From: Botryllus schlosseri
Lineage: Eukaryota
Assembly: GCA_051294905.1 (NCBI GenBank)
Contig: CM119371.1
Coordinates: forward strand, 36,024,001 to 36,088,000
Length of the DNA: 64,000 bases
Direction: 5' to 3'
In this document: positions 49,511-60,649 of the stretch, one piece after another
How the letters are laid out: the number at the start of each line of letters is the position of its first letter
How positions within the stretch are numbered: the first letter of the stretch is position 1
Made by a program: the position numbers and the translations under genes
The notes under the pieces: model-generated
Told to the model about the DNA's origin: nothing
The model's database searches: none
The model's input: the letters and a program-made list of their open reading frames with translations, nothing else

Positions 49511-51166
49511 CTATAAGTACTTATAGTAGTTTAGGAGGCCATGCTTCACAATAGCAGACTTATAAATTTTATAACATTGATATAGCTTTGGTTTTACTAT
49601 AATCCATTTGTCATTTGTTATATCGTACTTTTCAAGTTCATTACAGGTTTCGTAATCTGATACTGTCAAAATCCAGTTGCCAACGTGATAAGCAGAAACC
49701 AAAGTATGACCAGCATTCATAGATGACAATGAAGTCCACTGAGCAGAAGTAACATCATAACATTCTAGACTGTTTACACTCCAATTTCTCCTGCTTCCAC
49801 CGATCACAAATATATTTTGGTTTACTGCAACAACACCACTTACGCACACGGGAAATCTCATTGGTTGGAGGTCAACCCACTCACTTGAGGATGGAGTGAA
49901 TCTGCAGAATGAAGAAACGGCGGTACCATCTTTTCCTACGCCTCCGATGCAATAGATGGAATCGTTCAATGATACGAGACTTTCATTTGCAATTTCTGTA
50001 GGTTTGTCTTTCAGTTGCACCCATTGATTTGCAGAGGAATGAAATGTCTCTACAGCACTTGATGTCACCCAACAACTTCCTCCGATAACGAATATTGACC
50101 CCGACAAAAAAACTGAGCGAGGATTTTCTCCGTGGTCACGAATCATATCCTTCATCCTTTCCCATTTTGAATTTTTGATTCGGAAGTTTAGTCGGTGGAC
50201 TGATTTATTCCGGCATAAGACATAAATGTATGAGCCGTTAGCAATACTCCCGAAATATTTCAAATGCTCGAACTTTGCATCATGGAACTTCTCTATTTTC
50301 TCAGTTATTGGATTGAAGGATCGGATACAATCCGTGTTATCATCAAAAAGAATTATTAATTCATGTTTGTCAATTTCTTCCTCCGTTTTTTCCGGTCTCT
50401 TCGCAGCTTTCAGAAGATGCTGATTGATAAATTTGTAGAACGCCAAGTCGTTGCTGATAATTGCATGAGTTTCCAACAGATGCTGCAAAAATGCCGCGGA
50501 GATTTTATCAAATTTTATTACTTCAAGACATTCATGAAAATTCAATTTCTTCTTCTGATTATACTCAATCCACTTTAGAGAAAGGATTAGCTTTTCTTTC
50601 TCGCATATTTTGGAGTTCCCGGACTTCAAAATTGCGAGAATGTGGTTTTTCTCAACATTTCCAAATTCAGGTTGGTTTGAAATTTCCATGATATTCTCAT
50701 GAAAGAATACGTCGCATTTCACGGAAACAGCGTCAAGTCCATACATATCCGCTATATGTCTTGTAGAGAAGTAACTCGCTGCAGTTATTGTTTCCGCTAA
50801 AATATCAGAAACTGCATCTTTCACATCTTCCAACTGCATAAGGCATGCGACGTGAAGAAGATTGTTAATCTTTTCGTACGAAATCTCAAAATTACCGGAA
50901 TATATGAAATCAATGCAGTTTTTCACACATTCCGAATCCACGTCTTTGAAAACGACTCTTCCTTCACGATGTTCTTTCGTGTCGTGTTCCAACATGGCTT
51001 TGAAATAATCCGAACCAGCCGACAATACGTTTTTGTGGGTGTAATAGACATCATCTCCAGCTTGAACTATGAAATCACAGTGATCATTTTCTCGTTTTAT
51101 TTGATGTAATTCTTCCATCATCTTCACTGCATGTTTCTCCACATCACAGCATACGATGTGCATCAT
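49511..51166 (-). CDS. BTB-BACK-Kelch protein (KLHL-like), intronless, copy 4, altered N- and C-termini
   Basis: 551-aa ORF collinear with copy 1; N-terminus MMHIVCCD; ends IVKHGLLNYYKYL because of an insertion; ancestral stop remains at 49444-49446. Confidence 0.93.
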   Translation of the reverse strand: MMHIVCCDVEKHAVKMMEELHQIKRENDHCDFIVQAGDDVYYTHKNVLSAGSDYFKAMLEHDTKEHREGRVVFKDVDSECVKNCIDFIYSGNFEISYEKINNLLHVACLMQLEDVKDAVSDILAETITAASYFSTRHIADMYGLDAVSVKCDVFFHENIMEISNQPEFGNVEKNHILAILKSGNSKICEKEKLILSLKWIEYNQKKKLNFHECLEVIKFDKISAAFLQHLLETHAIISNDLAFYKFINQHLLKAAKRPEKTEEEIDKHELIILFDDNTDCIRSFNPITEKIEKFHDAKFEHLKYFGSIANGSYIYVLCRNKSVHRLNFRIKNSKWERMKDMIRDHGENPRSVFLSGSIFVIGGSCWVTSSAVETFHSSANQWVQLKDKPTEIANESLVSLNDSIYCIGGVGKDGTAVSSFCRFTPSSSEWVDLQPMRFPVCVSGVVAVNQNIFVIGGSRRNWSVNSLECYDVTSAQWTSLSSMNAGHTLVSAYHVGNWILTVSDYETCNELEKYDITNDKWIIVKPKLYQCYKIYKSAIVKHGLLNYYKYL

Positions 51167-52149
51167 GACTAACGGTTATAAGTTATATACTTGATGTATA
51201 ACTCTCATAACAAGTTATTTCATGTATTAGAAAATGTCATAAATATACAAGCTTTATTTCAAAAACTACTCATTTACTTTCAGTAATACATGTCTATGCA
51301 TCATGATAACCATCTTTCGAGCCAAACGTATCCCGAAACTTCCTGATTGTCATGCAAAAACTTCTTAAAACTAACGTACTGATATTATTGTTATGGAACT
51401 ACATTTGGCCTTGGAGAATTCTGTGTATTTTCTTCAAATTACCTTGCACTGCTATATGCATATACTAACGACATGTAATCAGTCAGTAAACCCATAAAAC
51501 CACGCATTAAACACGGTTGTCTAATCTAATCCAATACCGTTGTGGTGACTTATCTCTACTGTACTCTACTAAGCAGTCGACTGCATACGTAGTGTTCGTA
51601 AGATTGAGATAATTGACGTAGCATTTGTGCAATTTTTGTACCAAATCAGTTCAAATCAGAAGATTCACTTTAGTATAACCAACATATGAATCACGCACTA
51701 TATAAATAAATCATTGACCACTATATTTGAGATCAAGCAATATTGTAACTTTTACCAAATACGAGCATACACACAATGTTGACATCTACCAAACAGTCAC
51801 TGGATGCTGCTTGGAATAGTGGAATTTCATCATGATATAATGCTAAAAATTATACAAATTTACCATGTTTCCAAATTGAGATGCACTATTCATGATGGTT
51901 TCATCACTTTCGTTGACTTATCGATGACATTCCGATAAAAAAAAAAACATAATTTCGTCATACATCATTACTGTGCACCTGCAAGACCTAACTAGTGCCA
52001 CCAAAGAAACAAAAATCTCTGTTTGAAAGTTAGTCGTCACAATCTCAGGATAATATCAGAATATGGATGAAATGTATGAAGTGACTATAGTGAGTGAGTT
52101 TATCAGGTTTTGAAATATTTACAGAAATATTCAGTAATATATTCCCAGT

Positions 52150-53559
52150 CAGTGGCGTAGCAGCCACTTGGCGGTTATGGCTCCAAGGGGGCGGCAAAAT
52201 GAGGCTGCGCGGTGCAGTGTACACAGCCGGATAAAACCCGCGAAATTGGTATAGTCCTATAGCTGGCGACCAGAGAGCTAAAATGTAATCAAACTGGTCT
52301 CAATCGGAAGCTAGTGTCACACTGATTCCGAAACACAAAAATTAAAATGTCAGCATGTCAATGGAACCACTCCGAAATGGCCGTCAAGGCCGATTGTTCC
52401 GAACTGTCGGAGCGCTGCATCACAATGACCGATTACCCATGGTATGGAAATTGTATCTTGCGATTATTCGGAACAATGCCGATTTGCAGACTTTGATGGC
52501 TATATCGGGGTGAATTCGTGGCCCGGACCAGCTTTTATATTGTATTTCCGGAATCAGGGCAACAATAGCTTTCGATTATTATCAGTATTGGTAAATTGGA
52601 GTTAGCGGGGGAGGGGGGGTAGCGTATATAGTGGCGACGATAAGCGCCTACCGCCCAGGCGGCCCTGGTTGAGTATTGGTCGGATGTTATTCTGGGCTCC
52701 TCTTTCCCCGCGTCGCCCGATGAAAGAGCGCACTCACAAGGAATGGAGAAAGACCAAAAGACCGCGGAATAGACACTAACATCGAAAAAGGAACTGTGAA
52801 ATCAGGCTATTGCCGCAAGGCCGAGGTGGATGCTAGTTCAAAAGACCGCTACTGCAAACACAACTGGTCGTTTGGCACCCTCCTATCTGTTTATTACATC
52901 GCATTGTACATTGTGTGTGTCTTGTTCATATGAAAATACAATCTGACGATTATTGATTGTTATTTATTGATATGAGGATGTTTTTGGCGCAGTGAGAGCA
53001 TACGTTCGATCGAAATGCAACAGCGTGTTTTACAGTGGCTATAGCTAAATCACACTTATACTTGATTCGACACCATCTTTATGCTCGTGTCTGAAACTTT
53101 GTCTGGCCATTAGTGTTTCAATTGCGAGAGGAGCTTCTCAAAGCTCAAACTGATAAAGTCTTATTTACGTTATACCATGAATGATGATCGTCTATCAGCT
53201 CCATCCATTCTTTCTATAGAAAGACACTACGTTAAAGAATTGATGTTGAGGATATTGTCGCTGATATCGCTTCGGTGAAAGCCCGAAAAGTTCAGTTTTG
53301 AGGCGACTATTGATTTTTTGCCCAAAAAAATTCGTTCTCCATTTCTTGTCTTTAATATTTTTGGCCCTATAAACGCTGAGACAGTGAGGTTTCTTTTTCA
53401 AGCAACACAAAACTTCTGAGACGCCGCATATTATTTGTAATTATTTTTATTGAAATGATTGCGTGAACATGAAACTATGTCGAAGATCGCTGCGGTCTAC
53501 TTATGGTGCGGCATTTTCCACGAAAGCCCTGGGTGGCAGCACATGCTGCTACGCCACTG
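52150..53559 (+). mobile_element. hAT (Tip100-like) element with transposase C-terminal remnant
   Basis: TIR cagtggcgtagcagc / gctgctacgccactg; about 53120-53225 reads CERSFSKLKLIKSYLRYTMNDDRLSAPSILSIER. Confidence 0.85.
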
Positions 53560-53869
53560 TTCATAGGTGAATATTTTTGAGCTTGCACTAAGCAGGGGCA
53601 ATTGCTAGCGACTGTAAAGTTGTGTAACCACCTATTATAACATAAAATATCACTTCACACCGGACTTGACGCGGTGGTGACTTGAAAATGACTCGACTCG
53701 AGTCGAGTCAAAACTATAAAAGTGAGATTGACTTGTGACTCGGAGCCCTGTGACTTGATACAACCCTGCTTTTAGTCCTGACAAACTGCTGCTTTCATGA
53801 CTACAAAATAATTCGCACCAGGTTATGTTAATATTGATAGAATGACTGAGAACGACATGATGGTTCTTC

Positions 53870-54113
53870 AGAGTCAATTATCTATTCATGCGCAGTATAA
53901 AATTTAAAAAATACGGTTTTCTTCCTATCAAGTGAAATAATCAAGGGTAAATAGTAAATACAGTAATTTTGGGCTTCTTTAGGGGTATAAATATCTTCTG
54001 CACAAAAGCCAATCCGGCAATACTAGTGTTATATTCGTAATCAGCAACCTCGAAAACCCCAGAAACGGCTCTCAGATATTCTGCCAATAAATAATTCGTT
54101 TTGTTGACCAGTG
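53870..54113 (-). mobile_element. Chapaev3-like 5' terminal fragment
   Basis: Reverse complement of about 13795-14040; terminus cactggtcaacaaaa with TAA flank. Confidence 0.75.
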
Positions 54114-55061
54114 TTATTGGTAAGGCGAAAACTGTCGGACACACTTTCATCAGATATAAAATATTTCTGTAATTCAAGTATATTTTACGAATATACTATA
54201 TGATTTGCAATAAACATATTCATTGGGTTCGGTGGCAGGACAACGGCCCACCATTTCGCGTTTTTTCATGGTAACGTATCCTGGCATCGAAATGTGACGT
54301 CATCCTATTAACGCGAGACCTTTGTAGTAGAGTCGCTGGAGCAATGCTTTTCAGTCGGTACCGTGAGGGGAACCTTGACAGTACCCGTTGATACTGTCGC
54401 GGTGTTGAAACACTCGGGCGGAATGCTATCCATCGAAGCCGTATAATCAATTCAATAAAAATCCCTACTATTGAGAAAAAGTCCCGTAGTTCTCTTTGTC
54501 GTCACGAATAAGGCACAATTAAATAAAGTTAATTGCTTGAATCCTCTTATAGAATAGGCGCGGGCAGCATATGTTCCGCGGGCTGGTCCCGGCCCGTGAC
54601 GGGATTTTGAGCGAACCATGGACAGCTTCCGGTCTTACATGATAGAGTGGCCAGAGGCCCAGGTATACATACATTTGCGAGCAGATGTTTTCGACCATGA
54701 ACATGAACAAGAGAAAGTCTCGTTCCAATCTAACTTATGTTCACGTGCAGTCTTCACTAAGGGTATGTACATCCAACATGCAGCCAGAGTTCAAATAAAT
54801 TGTTGGCAACTTTGATCGACCACAGATGTCCCATGGCTTCAATAGCTATTGAAGTAGCCTACATTACGTTAATAAATCCATTGACTACTGTTTTTGATGT
54901 ATATGCTTGACGCCTAAAGTTTACATCAAATACAAGTTATTTCATTCATAGGTGAACAAATTCGCTATGGATGGACTGGAGAAGTTGCCCGTCTGTGATA
55001 TAGAACATGCAGTTTCTCATCTACAAGCTCATTGTACCGACAGACAAATATATTGAAGAAC

Positions 55062-55651
55062 CAGGGTTGTAATGACTCGAGTCATGACTCGACTCGACTC
55101 GAGTCCGACTCGAGTCACGATTTTCTGATGACTCGACTTGACTCGAGTCATTTTTTCAAAATACGGAAATGACTCGACTCGACTCGAGTCAATCTGTGTA
55201 TTGACTCGACTTGGACTTGAGTCATTGCGCATGACTCGATCCAAGTCATTGACTCGAGACTCAGACGGCCAAGACCGACATTTCATTGTAATTCCGAAGC
55301 CAACACACTATTGGGATTTCGTCTGTGGGTACTGGTACTTGAATATGCGACCAGAAACTGCTAAAAGTGAGGAAAATTGGTATATTATAAATGCGAAACA
55401 TTCGATATCACCAAACAGAGTTATAAAAAGTGGGGTTACCAATACTTTAACTGGAAACTGAGCAGTCTATACAATGACTTGGACTCGGACTCGAGTCATA
55501 ATTCCATGACTCGGACTCGACCCTCTGCTCGCTGACTTGGACTCGGACTTGACTCGGTGGTGAATTGAAATGACTCGACTTGACTCGAGTCAAAACTATA
55601 AAAGTGAGATTGACTTGTGACTCGGAGCCTTGTGACTTGGTTACAACCCTG
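55062..55651. mobile_element. hAT MITE with GACTC arrays
   Basis: TIR cagggttgtaa / ttacaaccctg; perfect TSD tgaagaac; partial copy at about 53660-53768. Confidence 0.92.
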
Positions 55652-55978
55652 TGAAGAACCTTCTCTGATCTCGGAAATGACATTCTGAGACCATCTGTAT
55701 TTAATTGCACCATCCATGAACGATTGGGAGATTCGATGTGCTTTCATTTCATACTCTTCTTCAAATATAAAAAGGGCTATATAGCTCTGAAAACAAATGG
55801 TACATATATATGCTATATCGAATCCAGCACATTATTTTGAATTGACTTTTTTTGAAAACGAATGACGACAGCATAGCAGCCTCAGAAATTCGGTGTCGGG
55901 ACAACATACGATATTTTGTCCTTGAAATGGCCAATGCACACGCGCACACTCACGCACCTGGAAGTGGAGACTGTAACA

Positions 55979-57365
55979 CAGGGGTGGGCAATTATTTTCC
56001 CCTGTGGGCCAAATGAGAAATAGAAAATACGTTGGCGGGCCGTGTGAAATTTAGTAGCTATTCTGCATCGTATCTTTATTAAGTAGCTATTCTGCATCGT
56101 ATCTTTAATATATTTCTAAATGACAGTGTTAATAAATTCTGCTCATTGACTGAGTTGATCTTGGTAATGAGAAAATGATGGTTAATCGAAAAAGATCTAT
56201 TAGCCATCATGAATCAAAACAATGGTAAACATGATACATTTTCAAATCTCTTTAAACTACAACCCACGTTATTTCATTAAGACGCTAAAACAGTAGTTCT
56301 CAAACTTGTTTAGGGGTGCCACCCTTTATGATAGCGAAAGATTTCGCTCCCCCTTATCATTATGTCACAAACCAATGAAATGTGCTACCAGAATGCCAAA
56401 AATCCAAACGGATAGTTTGATGGATGGAAGCTTTTATGGCTGTCGATGAGAGAATTGTGAAATGTTTAAGTCGGACGAAACACAGAGCAACATGTAGCCT
56501 ATTAGGTGGGGGGGGGGAAATCAAGCGGAGCGCGAACATTTTTTCAATAAACTTCGGCTTTGCGCCCCTATCTGATGATTGAACGCCCCCAGTTCGAGAA
56601 CCACTTCACTTAAATATATATGCAATAGTACAAAGCTTATTTTCTTGGTCGCTGCATTTCGAGCAGTCAGCAGCTTAAATAGCCTTGATGTTGAGCGAAG
56701 CTTGCAGTTTTTCTGAACTTTGCACTGCCTTGACCGAGTGTCTCGTGTTTTTGTCGTAAGACCGACTTTGATTAAAATCCTCAATATTGGCGATATGCTC
56801 GGAAAAAACTAAAAGGACCGGCTCACTCTTGACTCCAGTATACAACTATTTAGTGCTCTCAATTTTACACCTTTGAATTTCAGTATTCGTCTTTCCTTTT
56901 TTTGGCATGCCGGTTAAACGTTTATGATGATAGATATGATGAGTGAGTCATATAGTACTCGCGAGCACTGATTGACTTGTTTTACAAATTAGGGATTTGG
57001 AAACGTATCACGCAACAATTTGAAACACATACCGTAAAACGCGTATCGTGACAATGGCAACAAAAAGGTCTGAGCTAAACTATATGTAAAGAGTGATTGT
57101 TACTCATACTTTGGCACATTGCCTTTATTTTGAATCTGAATTACGCATGTCAGGTATACGTAGGCAGCGTAATAGAGGCATATTAATGAACAGGCTTCGA
57201 GGTACCGGTAAATGAATTTCCAGCTCAGTTTATTAAGCCTCTGATTTTATTTATTCAAATAGCAAGTTTTATGTTTTGAATTCCAATCAACCTTTCGCGG
57301 GCCGCACAGAATATTTTTGCAGGCCGGCCGCATTTGGCCCGCGGGCCGCACTTTGCCCAGGTCTG
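55979..57365. mobile_element. hAT Charlie-like element with nested MITE (about 56291-56606)
   Basis: caggggtgggcaa...ttgcccaggtctg; perfect TSD ctgtaaca. Confidence 0.88.
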
Positions 57366-57389
57366 CTGTAACACAACACATACGGCTCA

Positions 57390-58330
57390 CTGTACGTAAT
57401 TTTGTGGCGAAATCGACATCGGAGAATATAATATTACTGAATAAATATTTGAATGACAGTGGTAAACTAAGTACCTTGTTTGATGTCATCATCGAGATGT
57501 AGTTATCTGCCATACGAAATTTCACCGCCAATTTCGGCATGGAACACCGTCAAAATCAATACAGACCAACACCAAATTTTGAGTAAAATGCATTACCACG
57601 TATACGCTGATCAGTGTGGCAACAGCTGTTAGTCGACATGTGAAACGAAATAACTATCGCACTTGACAATGGGATTGTACGCAAATGTCAACTATATACG
57701 CAGACGACTTGAGATCTGAAATTTCACGGCGAAATAGACATAGTAGAATATGAAATTACCGAATAAATATCTGAATGCAAACCTAGAAACTTAGTATACT
57801 GCTATACGTCATGGAGATATACCATTCGAAATCTCACCACCTATCTCGGTATGGAACACCGTCAACATTAGCACAAAGCAACATCGGCTTTTGAATTCGC
57901 AATGCGATATAGGTAGATGTCCGATCTGCGCACACCTATACGATGCTTGAACTCGATAACCGTCCTGATAAATTGCCAACCTTGAAACTCGGTACAGAGT
58001 TCGATATTAAAATCAAGACATACCATGCAAAATCTCATGGCCGTTCTCGGTATGGAATATCGTTAAAATCAATAAAGACCAATACCGGCTTGTGTGTAAA
58101 ATCTGTTACGCATATATAAGACGGGTCAGCTCACACTCTACTACGAAAATCACTTGCTACCCTAATCCTTGAGTACCAACCCGCAAACTTGCGGCATTGT
58201 TCGATACCACCATCACGCCACATGATAGCAAGTTTCAAAACTCATCATGAGACAAAATACCGTCAAAATCGTCGTAAGCCAGCAACGGTCGACTCAAAGC
58301 ATAGCATAGCAACAGAGGTCAGAACAAATA
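57390..58330. repeat. Degenerate tandem repeat (units about 200-310 bp)
   Basis: Motif aaat(c/t)tca...cgg(c/t)atggaa(c/t)a(c/t)cgt(c/t)aa at about 57516, 57827, 58030 and 58238; second motif at about 57405 and 57725. Confidence 0.7.
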
Positions 58331-58539
58331 CCATTGATACAGTTCGAGTCGGAAAGTTGCCCTACCTGCTTGGTAATTTGGCCGAATATCATGAATCAAG
58401 ATAGTAAATCACCGTTTCCTTATTGTGAGCGGCTTCGAGAGAACAGACACGTAAAGCTCGTTATGACCGCTACCGCGGCACGAGTAATCAATGCCCCGGT
58501 TACGCATTTAGACCCGAAAACATCAAGGATAATGATTGT

Positions 58540-58745
58540 GGCGATATAGCGATACTGGTACGTTCCGCAGCTGCGACATCAATGGGTTGCGGGTTCGGTT
58601 CCGACCGAGGTTAACTCTAGAATTCTCCTTCCTATGTGTTGGAGGCTTGTAAACGTCAACGAATAAGGATAAAAATGACGAAAATTGGCCTGGTGTAAAT
58701 GACCCTAGTATCGTCGACAAACACCATGAATATCACAACAACAAA
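58540..58745 (+). mobile_element. tRNA-derived SINE, internally deleted
   Basis: Shares head (ccgcagctgc...gggttcg) and tail (aaattggcctggtgt...gtcgacaaacacca) with 24240-24510. Confidence 0.65.
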
Positions 58746-59725
58746 CAGAAGATAATGCGATTTGGGCAGATATTTCGCTATATATAGGCTTTACAAGCGA
58801 AAGCAAAGAAGATAATCTGATGTTCGCCGTAATTTCACTATATATATTGATTGCTGTGACCTGTGAGTGTATAAATGATAACTATAACACAATTTTGCAA
58901 CTTTTTTGAAAACTTCCGGCAGCTTCCTAAATTCTCAGAAGTTATGAGGTATGGTGTTTTAAGCTGTCTGGAGGAATATTATATTGCAACTTTTGACAAC
59001 TTTTCCTCATTTTTTCATGCAACTTTTTGCAACTTTTTCGATTTTTCATGCAACATTTTCCAACTCCAATCGATTTTTTATACAACAAACTTTTACTGGA
59101 AATATCTGGCATGACATGTGCAAGTACATAGATCGCTTGATTATTTCACTGTCGTTTATACTTGAAGTCCTTTTTGATTTGACGTGTATTCAGGCTACTC
59201 TAGACCGCCGAAAATTATATATTCACTGGGTCAACTTTTTCAAGCTACTGATTTTGTTTAAGTTGGCAACATTGACTTTTTCTACAGTACCTTGGATACG
59301 TAACGATTCGAGTGTCTCATACCCTAATATTTCAAGGTAATTCTCCATCACCGCAACTTTTTAGTGCAACTCTTGTGAAAAATTAAATGCCTCTTTTTAC
59401 TGCGATTTTGTGTAAAATCAGTGTAGCCTTATACGGATTTCACCGCAACAAAACATGCTCCCTGATGATTACTCATTGCTATATCACAGATTTGTAGGCG
59501 TGGCAATAGGACGAGCCGCCACTGTATCACGTATTAAGTGTGTATTGCGGTAGATATCTGTTGATTAGACTCAGCGGAATATCGGGTTGCCGCTAAGGCT
59601 TGCTGATTAGCGTAAGTGTTCCGGAGGTTACAAAAGGTTACGAACCACTGTTTTACATTGTAAAGTATTTCACGGTAATGGTAATAAGGAACTTTGTTCA
59701 TGTCGAAAACTGGTTGGAATTATAG

Positions 59726-60634
59726 CAGTGCTTCTTAACCGTAGGGTCGCGACCCACCTATAGGTCGCGGAGCTATTTCTGGCGGGTTGCGAATGAATGT
59801 CCAAATGTTACGGTATCATAATCAATACGTCAAGTATCTTATCTTCTCACGATTAGTCGAGCAAATCAACGTTCTTATCCTTCAAATGAAGTCGCTTTTG
59901 CTCCAAGAACCCCTACAAGCCACGTTCTCTTGCTCACAATATTTCGTGAGCCAGATCTTCGCGAAAGTAATTTTGGTGGGGGCGCGAAATTGGACAGTGT
60001 GTTATTGTGGATATCTGGGAATTGGAATTACTTCCTTGCTGCAAAGGCTTTGCGCAATGCTCACGTTTTCAGGAAATGCCGCAATCTAGTCCGAGATGGT
60101 GCTAAAATTAGCAACAATTGCAGCGAAGCAATCTACTCTGAACCCCAACGTGTTCAACGTAAAATTCACGCAACTTATCGTTTGTAAGCATCAGTTACGT
60201 GTAACAACTGTTGTCCGCTTCATACATTCGTATTCAAGAATTATCGTTCAAGTTGTCGGCATCAAGTTTATCTCGTTAATACGACGCATTGTCCGCGGTG
60301 AGGGAGTAGCGATCCGCAGCTGCAATACCAATAGGTTACGGGTTCGATTCCGACCGAGGTTGGCTCGAGAATCCCTTGCTAAGTGTTGACGGTTACCAAA
60401 GCTCCTTCTCACTATCTGATCCGCGTAAGCGGTGTCTTAAGGAAGTCTAGAGCTGGGCCTTGCTACAAGTCGACAGCAACGAAATCAAAATAATGAGTAC
60501 CAGTCTGGAGTAAATGACCATCGCAGTCCAGAAACACCATGAATTCCTGAATTACGTTTTCGTTCGTTTTTGAAGTTTCATAGTGGGTCGCACAGTAAAA
60601 TTTGGGTCGCGAACTGAAAAGTTGGGACGCACCG
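59726..60634. mobile_element. hAT MITE with GGGTCGC motifs, containing a SINE (about 60295-60545)
   Basis: cagtgcttcttaacc...gggtcgcgaccc start; gggtcgc motifs at about 60585-60610. Confidence 0.6.
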
Positions 60635-60649
60635 ATTTATAGTATAATG

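Noticed and set aside
7561..51166. Diversity-generating retroelement or retron-like system (RT near variable Kelch genes)
   Set aside because: The RTs are truncated, disrupted RTE and Tx1 LINE copies with empty paralogous sites. I saw no non-coding template repeat and no adenine-restricted pattern of differences.
55062..55651. CRISPR-like arrays (GACTCGAGTC, CAATTA, AGTAGAAGTA repeats; 57390-58330 array)
   Set aside because: No constant repeat with unique equal-length spacers and no cas genes; most lie within TIR/TSD-bounded MITEs in eukaryotic DNA.
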